Assembly: GCA_977018835.1 (NCBI GenBank)
Contig: OZ361258.1
Span: 558,001-622,000 of the forward strand
Source: Minutocellus sp. GHC0000111
Lineage: Eukaryota
Length of the DNA: 64,000 nt
Direction of reading: 5' to 3'
Position numbers and translations under genes: made by a program. Position 1 is the first letter of the stretch. Each line of letters starts with the position of its first letter. Shown in pieces: positions 11,997 to 24,119 of the stretch. The notes beneath the pieces were generated by a model, which was not told the DNA's origin, made no database searches, and worked only from the letters and a program-made list of their open reading frames with translations.

Positions 11997-12444
11997 TCAT
12001 GGCATGGGCGCGCACCCGCCACACACGATCACACGATTTCACGCGAAGCTTCAATGTCTGTCCGTCGTTTTCACTACGTACGGGCGTACGTACGGGCACC
12101 CGAATGGTGGATCAAGGAACCATGGTCATGAGTTGATCAGCCCGCGGCCGAAATCGTAGCGAGATCTAGAGATCTACATTATGTATGAGGATAGTAATGC
12201 AGTGAGTTCATGAATTAAGTTACTGTCCTCTCCCTGCATTGCAATAATAATATACGATCGTAATTCTGGCGTGCAGGCGTTTCAAGATTTAGATCCCTTC
12301 ATCACCTGCACTTCCCCGCCGTCAGTTGGACACAAATAAAAATGACACGAATCATTGTGATTATCACATAGAAAGCTTTTTTAGGCAAGTGCCGGCACTG
12401 AGGAGAAACACCACGTTGCCGTTCCAAGTCCAATTCTGCGGGGA

Positions 12445-14621
12445 TTACGGCTGAAAGTCAATGATCTCCACGACGTTGGACGAGAAGCAGCTCGCGACTC
12501 TAGTCTCCTCCTTGTTCCAGGCAACCTCGAAGATATCGCCCTTGCCCTTGAAGCTGCGGATGTGCACGCCCGTCTGGACGTCCCAGATGTATAACTGTCC
12601 CGCCAGGCTGCCGCTGGCCAGGTAGTCCCCAGATGGGCTGAAGGCAACCGAGTAGACCGAATCGCGATGGCGGCTGAGGATGCGGTAGCACGTTCCGTCC
12701 TGCACATTCCACAGACGGACCGATCCATCGAACGATGCCGTCGCAAGGAGGAGGGGTTTGGACGGGTTGGCACTGCCCTGTCCGGTCGGGCTCCACTTGA
12801 TGGTGTAGATCTCCTGCTTGTGGGACTTGAAGTCATACCGCGGGGTAGTGTCGGTCGTTGTGAGGTCCCATACCTTGGCCGAGCAGTCGTCGGAGCACGA
12901 GGCCAGGAGGTTGCCGCTGGGATCCCACTTGACGGCATTGACCTCGTCGGTATGGCCGGAGTAGGAGCGCAGAGGTCGGTCGGATCCGACCTGACAAACG
13001 TGGACGGTCTTGTCGGTCGAGCAGGAGGCGAAGGTGGTATCGTCCTTCCAGTCGACGTCGAGGGCGGGAGCCTCGTGGAACTGGAACTGCTGCTTGACGA
13101 ATCCGACCTCGCCGGTGACGTCCCAAACGATGGTGGACCTGTCGTACGAGCCGCTGAGGAGGTAGTTGCCGGCCTTGTTCCACTTGAGGGAGAAGATGGG
13201 ACCGCGGTGGCTGCGGAGGGTGTGAACGAGCTGCCCGTTCCGACGCCAAACGCGGGCGACGCCATCGTACGAGCCCGTGGCCAGCAGCTCACCGGACGGA
13301 CTCCATTCCAGAGTCGTCACGTCCTTGTTCTTCTTGTCGGACCCGTTCTGGCCGTGCTGGAGGAGGGCCGACTTGGCCAGGCCGGCCTTGGCGTCGGCGC
13401 CGCCCATCTCCCATATCCGCGCGGAGGCATCGCCAGAGCCCGTGGCGATGAGGTGGGTGTGGATGGGATTCCAAGCGCACATGAAGACCTCCGAGGTGTG
13501 CTGGTTGAGCTCGAGGACCTGGTCCGGCCTGGCCCGGGTGGGCACGTCGAGCGCCTCGGCCTCGGTCATCTTGGCCTGGCGCTGCTGGGCGGTCTCTACC
13601 TGCTGGTCCGCGAGGGGGACGTTCTTGTCGAGCTGACCGGGGAGGGGACCAGTTCCACCTCCGGCAGCAGCAGCAGTGGTACTGTTGGTGGTGCTGTTGT
13701 TCTCGTCAACGTCCATGGCGGTCGGTCCACCACTGTCCGCCTTGCCCTTGCCTCCGGCCTCCAATCGGGCGGCGGCCCTGTCCATCATCTCGAGAGCCGC
13801 CGATGCCGAGGAGGTGCCTCCCTGAGCCTGAGCCTGCTGCTGCTGCTGCTGGGCCTGATAGGCAGCCTGGGCCTTGGCCACCTGGTCCTCCACGGCCTTT
13901 TGGGCCTGGGCCTGCTGCTTGCGCTTTGCGGCGGCCGACGAGGAGGATGATCCCGAGCCCTTCTTCTTGCGTTTGCTGCCACTGCTGCTTCGGCTGGCCC
14001 CACCGCCGGCGCTGTTGCTTCGGCTGATGCCGGTCCGCTCCTCCTCCTCCAGCCTGGCCCGGAGGGCGGCGGCCGCAGCCTGAGGGGGGACATTGAGCTG
14101 GATGGGCGGATCTCTCCGGGTGAGCGCCCGGACGGTGGCCTCGCCGAGGAGGGTAAAGTCCTCGGCGCTGACGCCTGTGCCGTCCTCGTCGTCACCATCG
14201 CCTTCGTCGCCGCTGGCACCACCACCGGCCGGGATCCGGTCGGTGCCGTCCTCCCGCAGGCTCTCCTCGATGCCGACGTACTGCAACCCCTTCTGGAGGA
14301 AGCTGATGAGGGCACCGGGGGGGAGGTTGGCCAACGGCCCCTTGCCGAGGTTGGTCCGACCGACCAGGCTCTCGTGCGCAAAGGTGAAGGCCGTGTGGAC
14401 GAAACCCGACTCCTGCAGGTAGCGGTACACCAGCAGGTTGATCTCGTCGGACGTTACCGTGAGGGTCTGGCCCTGCGGCCTCGGAGATTGCGGATTGGAC
14501 GACGTTGCGGCTGCTGCTGCTGCACCTGCACACCTGCACCTGCTGACGCTGCACTGCCGCTGCCGTCTCCGCCCATGCCCGGCGGGACCGGCGATGGATT
14601 CCGGCTGCTATTTCCCGACAT
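12445..14621 (-). CDS. TBL1: Transducin beta-like 1 (TBL1/TBL1XR1/ebi) LisH + WD40 corepressor subunit; apparent frameshift near 14531
   Basis: LisH (VTSDEINLLVYRYLQESGFVHTAFTF...LPPGALISFLQKGLQY) and WD40 repeats (HTSEVFMCAWNP, ATGSGDASARIW, KDVTTLEW). The best ATG (14621) is out of frame with the main ORF by a 2-nt offset in GGTGCAGGTGTGCAGGT. Confidence 0.9.
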
Positions 14622-15260
14622 TTTGGTTATTATTGATTGGACTGCTGGTATCTCTATCAATCTACCCGAGGCAGGCAAGACTTCCAAGCCAAAAGCGTCT
14701 GATCCCGATTTTTTACTCTATGTGCCGGTACGAGTAAGCGTGTGGTTTTGCGGACCACTGCGCAAGATGCCGCCCGCCCACACCAACACGTCCAGAGGAT
14801 GTGATAAGACGCTTCGAGAACTCTAGACTAGTCCAGTATCAGCCCAAACTTCTGGCGATGAGGGTTGAGCACCGATCCGAATCAGATAAACCGTCAACCG
14901 GAGGAATGGACGCAGCAAAACTAACTGCCGATGCAAAATTTATCGTGTTTTGTGCTGGCTGGAACAGCGTCGTTGAGTCAGTCGCTGCACCCTCTCAAAG
15001 TACGAAGTGACAAACGAATATATATATATTAATATATATACATATGGTCGATCAGCTCGTACTAGATAGACTAGCTAGCGAAGAGGCGAAGCGGCGGGTC
15101 ACAAGCACCAACGGCATCCCGACACAAGATGTGTGGCCCTCGAGGAAAAGGGTGCAAGAAGCAAAAGGAAGTTTTTGAGGGGAAAATAGTTTCATGTTTA
15201 CGGTCTTTTCGTCGTCCGCCCCCTCCCGGCCTTGCGTCAGCATCTCCCATTTCTCGAACC

Positions 15261-16290
15261 ATGATGCTAACCTCCGCCCGCGTGGCGGCGAGGAAGGCCT
15301 CCTCCTCCGTCGCCCGGCAGGCCAGCAGGTCGCTGGCCTCCGGGGCCGACGTCATCGGCGGCAGCGGGTGAGTTTTTCGCTTCCTGAACACGTGCTGTTT
15401 TTCCTCCGCGGGTGGTTCCAATTTCTCTCTCGTTTCTTCGTTTTCGGCACACCAGCCATTCGGCAGTTCCGGTCCACGAAGAGGGGCAAATTTACCCCAA
15501 GATACGGTGGAGAGCGGTCGAAGTAATTCCAATGTAGGATGCTGTTGGGAAAACTGTGGGAATTGTCTGCACAGAAGATATACCATCTTGGATTGAAACG
15601 CGAAACTTGACGAGTCAGCTACGACGAAAGCGGAACCCCCCCTCTTTTTCGTCAGTTGTCGCGAATGGATGCATGATATGATATGGAGCGAGATGTCGCA
15701 AAGCAAATTGGATTTGGCTTGGCATAAATCTGTTTGGGGGGATCATATATGTCATGAGAATTTGGGAGATGGAGGGGCTTGTACTGCATATTCCCTCTCG
15801 CGCGCCGAGCCGAACCAGCCGTCGGCGAATATCGATGACGGCCCCAAGCCGAGCAACCTGCCGACGCGACGAGGCCATGTTGGTGTTCGATCAGGAAGAA
15901 TAGGTCGATATCGACATGATATTTTCGCTGACTGTAGACATGTATATCTACACCGGCCATGCATTTGTTCTTCAACTCATATTTATCTTTCCCTCCTCGA
16001 AAATTAATTCCTTTCCATCGCATCGCCATCGACAGTACCTACGGCGGCCTCACCGACCAGGATCGCATCTTCACCAACCTCTACGGCGAGCAGGATTGGC
16101 GCCTCAAGGATGCCCTCAAGCGCGGTGACTACCAGATGACCAAGGAGATCATGTGGCAGGGACCCGACTGGATCGTCCAGGAGATCAAGGACTCCGGCCT
16201 CCGCGGCCGCGGCGGCGCCGGCTTCCCCTCCGGCCTCAAGTGGTCCTTCATGCCCAAGGAGACCGACGGTCGGCCCTCCTTCCTCGTCGT

Positions 16291-16326
<36 letters not shown>

Positions 16327-17419
16327 TCGTGAGATCATGCGAAAGGACCCTCACAAGCTCATCGAGGGCTGCCTCCTCGCCGGTTACGCCATGCGCGCCC
16401 GTGCCGCCTACATCTACATCCGTGGCGAATACTTCAACGAGGCCGTCGTCCTCGACGAGGCCATCCACGAGGCCTACGCCGCCGGCCTCATCGGTCGGAA
16501 CGCCTGTGGATCTGGTTACGACTTTGACGTCTTCGTACACCGTGGAGCAGGCGCTTACATCTGTGGAGAGGAGACGGCCCTCATCGAGAGTCTCGAGGGC
16601 CGACAGGGCAAGCCCCGTCTCAAGCCTCCGTTCCCCGCCGGTGTCGGCGTCTTCGGCTGTCCCACCACCGTCACCAACGTCGAGACCGTCGCCGTCAGTC
16701 CCACCATCCTCCGTCGTGGTGCCGATTGGTTCGCCTCGTTCGGTAACGAAAACAACCGCGGTACCAAGCTGTTCGCCATCTCCGGCCACGTGAAGAACCC
16801 AATCGTCGTCGAGGAGAGTATGTCCATCCCCCTCCGTGAGCTCATCGAGAAGCACTGCGGTGGCATGCGCAACGGCTGGGACTCCGTCCAGGCCTGCATT
16901 CCCGGCGGATCGTCGGTTCCCGTCCTGAACAAGGCCCACTGCGACGATGCCATCATGGAGTTCGACGACCTCCGCTCTCGCGGCTCCGGTCTTGGCACCG
17001 CCGCGGTGACCATGTTCGATGACTCCGTCGATATGATCGCCGCCATCCGCCGGTTGGCGCACTTCTACAAGCACGAATCGTGCGGGCAGTGCACCCCCTG
17101 CCGTGAGGGTACCTCCTGGTTGGAGGACATTCTCATCCGCATGGAGAAGGGCGACGCTGATAAGCGGGAGATCCCAATGCTCGAGGAGATCAGCCGACAG
17201 ATCGAGGGTCATACCATCTGCGCTCTGGGCGATGCCGCCGCCTGGCCCGTCCAGGGTTTGGTGAGGCACTTCAAGAAGGACATTGAGGAGCGGATCGAGG
17301 ATCCTGAGGGATATGATTACGAGGCAGCCTTCCAAAAGGCATGGAGCGGAGATCCGTTTGCAAACGAAGAGTGGGTCAAGGAACACGGTGATGGCTTGGA
17401 CTATCAGCAGGCCGCATAG
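15261..17419 (+). CDS. NDUFV1: NADH:ubiquinone oxidoreductase 51-kDa flavoprotein subunit (2 exons: 15261-15367, 16036-17419)
   Basis: Mitochondrial-type presequence [12 protein letters not shown]. Motifs [57 protein letters not shown] 668-nt GT-AG intron joins the exons in frame. Confidence 0.96.
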
Positions 17420-17710
17420 ATCTAGATCTCTAGATCTACACGTAGATGGAAGATACCGTACGCACGTGGCGAATTCTTATCGATTCTCTGATAGATTCGC
17501 TTGGAGCGAGGAATCCTACTACATGCGTAGATCGAATCTGCCGGTTCAATGTAATTTAGCAATCAAATTTATTCATTTCTCACGCGACGGACGGAAAGCA
17601 CTCTCGGAATCAAATGTTATCCAATTTTTGCCTCAACTATGGGCGTGGAGGAGTACAACACGCCGATTGGCGAAGATGCCGTTACAATTCAATGCGCCTC
17701 GGTACCCGAA

Positions 17711-20700
17711 ATGAAAAGAGCCGATGACGCAAACATTGTTACAGCCTGTCGGCGCTGTATCCCTACTGCTATATTATTGCTATTGTTGAGCACCAGCGGT
17801 GGAGTAGAAGCCGAATCACATCCATTGTTTGCAGTGGGCCGCGAACACGTACGATTACGCACTACCATTAGAACATGTGGCCCGGTTGCCTTTGCGAGGT
17901 GCTGTGCTGGTATCTCCAAGAGAAAGCTTGCTCGATATCGGGGGCGGACACGGTCACTTCATGAAGGCACAGGTCTGTTTGATGTCCCTTGCAACAGCGA
18001 GTGTGGAAATGATTCAAATGATGCTACTTTCGCTGGCGATGATGAATGCGACATGTCAACTCGGCAAGCGCGCATAGTTGGGCCAATTGCAGCGGTGATG
18101 GCAGCACTTACCACTTCGCTGCCTTCATTTGCAACCCCTATAGCAAGTGAGGCAGCAAGTGCTGCATCTCTACCGAACATTGCGACTGAGAGCTCATATA
18201 AGTCGTCGCTCGCAGCATTTTTCCCGTCATCAATTCCGGTGTCCAGCCTATCAGAAAAGGTTGTCACCGCGCTTGCACAACTTGGCGTTTCGAGCTCAAA
18301 TTTAGATTTGCTTACAAGCCTTTGCCGTGACGAGAACAACGAGGCTCCCAATACATTGGTCAATGAGCTTCGACGTAGGTTGGGAGGAGGTTTAGGTCCT
18401 ACCCGCCGTATCGGTGCCCTCGCTGGACTGCCTCTGTATGCAAAGTCTTCTTTTGACCTTTGTTTCAACCGAGACAATTTGGCCAAAAGGACAAAGATTT
18501 TGATTGTGTATGGACCCCATGTTGGTATCGGTGGATCTGATGGTATTGTTGGGAGGCGAGGGACTGGGTCCTGCGGCTCTGTACTGGGAGCATATACTGA
18601 AATGCTTCAAGAGATGGAATTGGAAAGATTAAGCGCCGAGGGGAAAATATCGTCACTTCGGTCAAATAAGAATGGTGGTGATGACGACGTGTTATCCCTG
18701 GTTGACACACCTGGACCACGAGTGGATACTATGCGTGAGGTCCAACAGGATTATATCATGCAGGAGTTGCAGAAGCGGCTGACAGCGACAGATTTGAATA
18801 ACCCAGACCAAAATGCAGGGGTACGGAAAGTCATGGAGGCAATTTATAGCACAATTGATGAGCTGCTTCGCGCCGAGCTTGATTCTGCGATAAAAAGGAA
18901 CATTCCGTCGATCAAAGATATTGAGGGCGGTGTAGATATTATCTTGCTCGGTGGCATCATCATTCGAGGCGAGGTAAAGGGCTCGGATGATCTATTCAAA
19001 CCTTTGGCATTTGATTCGATTACACTGAGCAACAATGGGCCATCCAGGGTCACAAACCTTTTGCCGATACTACTTGATACAACGACGAAACCGGATGAAT
19101 CACTAATCGGCACATCCGAGGAAGAGAGGGATCTGAAAAGACTAGAAGAAGAGGCATTGCGATTGGAACAAGAAGCAGAAGCTCTCCGTTTGGAGGCTGA
19201 GGAAGCTGAAAGAATACGCTTCGAGTACGAAGAAACACAGAAGCAACAAAGCGCTTTGAATGACGAGAAGGCTAGAGTTGAAAAAGAACGTCGCGAGAAA
19301 GAGGAAGAAGAAGAGCGCCTGCATTTGAAGGCCTTACAGGAGGAAGATGAGCGTAATCGACGAGAAAGCATGCAATTAGCCCCGGCAACGAAAGTCAAGG
19401 TCCCCGAAAAATCTGCAGTGGAGCCAGCTGCTCCCTCGGAGGGATCGGTAAGTCACGAATTTTCAGCGTGGAATATCCCGAATGCTAAAAAATTGCAAAT
19501 TGATTTACCTGAAGGTCTGATTTGTTTGCCCTCTCCTTTCCTCCTCAATAAATAAACTTCAGAGTGTCTCGTTTGGAGTCGCAGCTACTTCGCTTTTTGC
19601 TTTATCGGTAGGAGGTATTGTGGCGGCAACATCAGTATCGCGAGTTGAGGACGCAATTACTAGTACGCCCCCAGTACCCGCAAAGCCTAGAAGGGATCCA
19701 ACGCCGACTGATAATTCTCCGTCAAAGCCAACACCCAAAATTTCTACGCCGGTAACAAAGAGCCGCCCCCCACTCGTATCATCAAAGCCCACCAACCCAT
19801 TCTCCACCCTGGAACCGAAATCTACTGGCTTCAAAGAAGAAGGAGACAAAAAAAATTCTGGAGTTACGAATACTTTTCGCTCTCTAAAGCCCAGAGAAAC
19901 CGCCAAGGCATTGGACGATGACTACCAATCGTCTAGCTCTGAAAAATATCAAAAGGGCTTCGCTCCCTCCTATATTGAAAAACTGGATGAAGCTTGTGAT
20001 GCAGGAGAAGCGTCTGCTTCTGTGGACGATTGCGCCCCAGCAGTAAAAGAATACTTTGACAGCGTCTCGAAAGGCGAGGAGAAACCATCCGCCGAAGCTT
20101 CTGATACTATCAGCAATTATCTGGATGCTCTTTCAAGTCGGAATAAGGAACAAAGTCAAGCTCGAGTTGTGTTTCCCCCGCACTCAGGCCCTGCTGTTGA
20201 AAGCTACCTTGCCAAGCTTGCCACGGGTGAAGTCAAGTCTCCACCCTCGGAAGGAGTGTCGTCGTATCTAGATGCTGTGTCGTCGGGAGCAACAGATACC
20301 CCAAAGAGCGCGGAAGATATGGATGCCGAGATCAATGCATTAATGTACAGCATTTTGGAAACAATGCGAGGTCCAAAGCTTCAAGCTTTGGAGGAGGCCT
20401 GTGATGCGGACGAAGTGACAGAGAATGACATTGACGAGTGTGCTCCAGCTATCTCGGACTACATAGAAGCGATAAGTGGGGGCGAAGAAGAGCTTTCATC
20501 AGATGCACCGGAGGTGATTGGAGGATACTTGGATAAGTTGTCTGCAGAAAATACCTCTACCAATGAGGGAGGACGACAGGGTGCATTTACAAGTGAAGTT
20601 TCTGGGGCAGTGCAATCTTATTTGAATGAAGTATCGATTGGCGGCATAGGTCCTCCGCTTGGATCCGGGGTGTCCTCGTACCTTGATGCATTGTCATCCG

Positions 20701-21134
20701 GTGAAACGACCCTGCCGTCGAGTGGCGAAGAAATTTACACAGCATTGGATAGGCCTAGTGCGCCAAGAAGATCATACGCAAAGGCTATTTGTGAAGAGTG
20801 CACTTTTGTTGGTGGCGAGACTCGGGAAAGTTGCGTTGCCGCGATTTCCAGCTACCTGGATTATTTAGCTTTGATGGGATCTTCCGTACGGGAACATGAG
20901 GCTGATAATGCAATTGTGGAATTCTTTGAGAAAACAACGAGAGGTTGCTGTGGCAATGCAGTGCTAGATTACATTTGGGAAGTCGCTTCGTCGGGCAAGG
21001 CACCATCTGCAACTTCTCTACTGTTATACTTCCACTCGCTTGCCAATGGAAGAATCAAGGCACCTGAGTCGGCAATGTACATCACCTTCAATCTTAGCGA
21101 GTTCGAGAACGAAGAATATACCGGTAGTACATAG
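17711..21134 (+). CDS. Theta-carbonic anhydrase/LCIB-family domain + coiled coil + TM helix + three C-terminal ~135-aa repeats (intron 19448-19562)
   Basis: LCIB/theta-CA motifs SLCRDE, GALAGLP, VYGPHVGI, GSCGS, QQDYI and ILLGGIII..DLFKPLAF at ~18220-19020. A GTAAGT donor at 19448 and AG acceptor at 19561-19562 join the two long ORFs in phase 0. Start may be 17639 or 17711. Confidence 0.78.
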
Positions 21135-21955
21135 ACTCGAATTGCAGATACAACGTACAGTACATGTAGAAGGCAGTTATTCTAAGTTTAGGCCCTTTTC
21201 TATGTTTATGAAATTATAATGTGCATAAGTGTGCTCTCTTGCTACCGGTATGCAAATGCGGCTACCTATTCGGTTCTACATGTATTAGAGATAGACTTAA
21301 CTTAGACTACCGGTAGTGGGACGACACCACCACTACCACCAGTGTACCGGTACATGTATAAATAGAATCTACGTAAACGTTTATCAGATTGTCATCTTGA
21401 GGGTACCGGTAAGATCAATAGAGTCGAGGCAATTCACCGCAAAACCTTCTTACCGGAACGTAGCGCTGGTGTTGACTCACTCGACCGATTATGACGTAAA
21501 AGGAGGTAAAAGCTCGCCTCCGCCCCCCACCAAAAAGCCGTGGCTGCGCGATGATGCTATCTTGGCTGGACGACTGATACAGCGATATTCCTCCCCAAAG
21601 AACAAAGCGCAGCTCGAAGGTGCACCTTTCTTCGCGCATCGAAGGACGAAAAGTTGGCGCTTGGTCATCATTCTCGCGAAAATCCTTTTCCTGGCGCCGC
21701 AAGAATCAGCCGCCCAGCCAAGAACGAGAGATCATCACAACTCAACGCCCGTCGGATCGAACCTCACCATCAATCGATTCGCCTCAATTGAATTGCGCGA
21801 ACAACGTTTGTATTTCCATCCTCTCAATTCACTTGACTAGTTGCATACCAGCACGCATTTCGACCGATTGTTTGCTCCACAACAATACAAACACGGTCCC
21901 GTATCTTTCCATCGCATCCGATTCCGGCACAAAAATAAGTCTACTTCCAACAAGC

Positions 21956-23315
21956 ATGAAATTCCAACCTCAGATGCAGCAGAACCCCTTTGGCGGAGCC
22001 GTCGCTCCTGCCTCTCCCGCCAGCACTTGGCAGCAGCAGGGCGTCGCCCCCCCAGAAGGCCGAGCAGCAGCTTCAGCAGCAGCAGCCTCCTCAGTCGGCC
22101 GATCCCTTTGCCGCCTTTGGCGCCGTGGCACAGCAGCAGCCCCCCGCATCGGCCGCTCCCGTGCAGGTCCCCATGAGCCCTCAGCAGCAGCAGGAGCAGC
22201 AGCGTATGCCCACCAGCCCCATGGCCATGGCTGCCAGCCCCGTCCAGCAGCTTCAGCAGCAGCGGCGCGATGTTAGCGTCGCCAGCCCCGTTGCTGTCGC
22301 CAGCCCCGGTAATATGGGCGGTGCACCTGCCGATCCCTTCGCCTCGTTTGGCGTCCCGCAGGTTTCTCCCCAGCCTCAGCCTCAGGCTCAGCCTCAGCAG
22401 CAAGAGAACCAGACGGCCCTCGTGCAGGGACCGGCCCCGGCCATGGGCCTCCGTCAGCCCTCCCTCGGCGCCGCTGAGGCGCAGGCTCCTGCCCCTGTTC
22501 CTGCCCAGACCAACCCGTTCGGTATGGCGCCGGCACAGGAGGAAGCTGCCGCTGCCACCAACCCCTTCGGTGCGGCCGTGGCCCCTGCTCCGGTTCAGCC
22601 CCCCGCTGATGCTGGTGCTGCCCCTGCTCCTGCCCCGGCCGATGCCGATCCTTGGAATATCAATTCCTATGGCCCTCCCGCCGTCGAGGCTCCTGTTGCC
22701 GCTCCCCCGGCTCCCCCCGCGGAAGCTCCTCCCGCACCCCCGGCTCCCGAGGCTGCCCCTACTGGTATCCCTCCCATGGTGATGCAGGGCCAGGAGCAGC
22801 TGCAAATGCAGCAGCCTCAGATTCAGTCCCAGGCTGGGGCCCTCGTCGTTCAGCCCAATGCCGCCCAGGGACAGCAGCAGCAGGCCTATGCCAACTACAA
22901 CCTGGGCACTGGATACGCGCATGCTCCTCCTGAGCAGGCTCCGGCCTCTCCCTTTGGTGCCAACCAGCACGTCGCTCCAGTATCGCCTGTGCCTGCCCAG
23001 GCGTCGCCGGTGCAGCAGCAGCAGCAGATGGTTCTCTCCCCCGGCGCCACCGCTCAGCAGGCTCCTGCTGCCGATCCCTTTGGTGTGTTCAACCAGCAGC
23101 AGCAGCAGCAGCCCGCTCCTGCCCCGGACGTTGCTCCTACCTCGCCTGTCGCCCAGACCAACGACGACTTCTGGGGTGACTTCGCCGCCTCCCCCACTTC
23201 TGCCGCCGGTGCCGCTCCTGGTACTGCTCCCAGCCTTGGTGCTCAGCAGAAGCCCGTCGGTCCACTAACCTTTGATGCCAATGCAGGCAGAGTGGTCCGA
23301 CTCCGAAACCGATGA
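21956..23315 (+). CDS. Pro/Gln/Ala-rich protein with NPF/DPF/DPW motifs (endocytic adaptor-like); frameshift in C7 run at 22047-22053, apparently truncated at ~23290
   Basis: Multiple NPF, DPF, DPW and DDFWGDF motifs. The ATG at 21956 is out of frame with the main ORF at a C homopolymer. The 3' end runs directly into an antisense repeat-family exon. Confidence 0.6.
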
Positions 23316-23880
23316 TATTCCAAGGCCGACAATTCATCCTATAAGTACTTCTCCTCATGGCGGTATCTCGGAGCAAACAGACGCAAAATGAAGCACTCAC
23401 CCGTTGTTTACGATGGCGATGATGACAGGATCGTCGGGGCCGACACCGTCAATGGCGAGCTGCTGTGACTCTTGAGGGACGCTGGTCAGAGCCCAGAGCG
23501 CTTCCTCAAAGGCTTCTGGATCAACTTCCGGTGGGTTGTCTGGTTGTTCCATCGGAGGGGTGTGAAAAATGAGTCCGTGCGCCGGAGCGAGCGGGAGCGG
23601 TTGTTCCATCGGAGGGGTGTGAAAAATGAGTCCGTGCGCCGGAGCGAGCGGGAGCGGCCGATTGCGAGCAAATGAAGGGGACCCGGATTTGGACGAAAAA
23701 AATGAAATGACAAAGGCAGGCCGGAACCCCGCCAGCAGCCAACCCGCCACTCGCCAACCGCCACCGAAGGGAGGCGCATGTTGCTGTCGGTCGCCGCCCT
23801 TCAGTTCATGATGCCGTCCTTGTGAGCTGCACCCTTCTAGCAAGTGCGGACTCCTCCGGCTGCCAACGCAAGAACTCCAA
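23290..23880 (-). repeat. Decayed dispersed repeat (intron-containing ORF remnant), copy A
   Basis: Encodes PDNPPEVDPEAFEEALWALTSVPQESQQLAIDGVGPDDPVIIAIVNNG followed by a GTGAG donor. Homologous to 36185-36340 on the + strand. Confidence 0.6.
23542..23657. repeat. 57-bp perfect tandem duplication
   Basis: GGTTGTTCCATCGGAGGGGTGTGAAAAATGAGTCCGTGCGCCGGAGCGAGCGGGAGC starts at 23542 and again at 23599. Confidence 0.9.
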
Positions 23881-24119
23881 AGATCCGAGTACCCACGAGA
23901 TCAACCGTCCAAATCAATTTGAGGACGGGCAATAGCTGTAAGACCAGAGAACACACCGCAGACGAGTCTTTACATGTGTTCCTCAACTTCCTATTGGTGT
24001 CAGAATAGCCACCTAGTGTGAACTTTAGATCAAATGTGACTGTACCGATTGAGGGTGCTATGCTCCAAAACTAAATTTGACGAACGACACGATACTTCAA
24101 TACTTATGAAGAAGGTGTA

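Noticed and set aside
13270..14400. Low TA frequency in TBL1 and other very GC-rich exons as evidence of hypermutation
   Set aside because: Explained by high GC and codon bias, and Tyr codons are retained in conserved motifs; not counted as evidence.
14520..14545. Programmed frameshift or micro-intron in TBL1
   Set aside because: No slippery heptamer or plausible intron length; a simple 2-nt slippage indel (real or assembly) is more parsimonious.
15368..16035. Unusually long NDUFV1 intron as a snoRNA host
   Set aside because: No convincing paired C/D boxes with a terminal stem could be identified by eye.
16004..17386. 460-aa antisense ORF over NDUFV1 (likewise 12667-13950, 21837-22970, 6158-7123, 32663-33082)
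   Set aside because: Shadow ORFs caused by the strong C-ending codon bias of the real gene on the other strand; no motifs.
19515..19562. Alternative 48-nt intron or frameshift joining the theta-CA ORFs
   Set aside because: Wrong phase and too short; the GTAAGT donor at 19448 gives an in-frame 115-nt intron.
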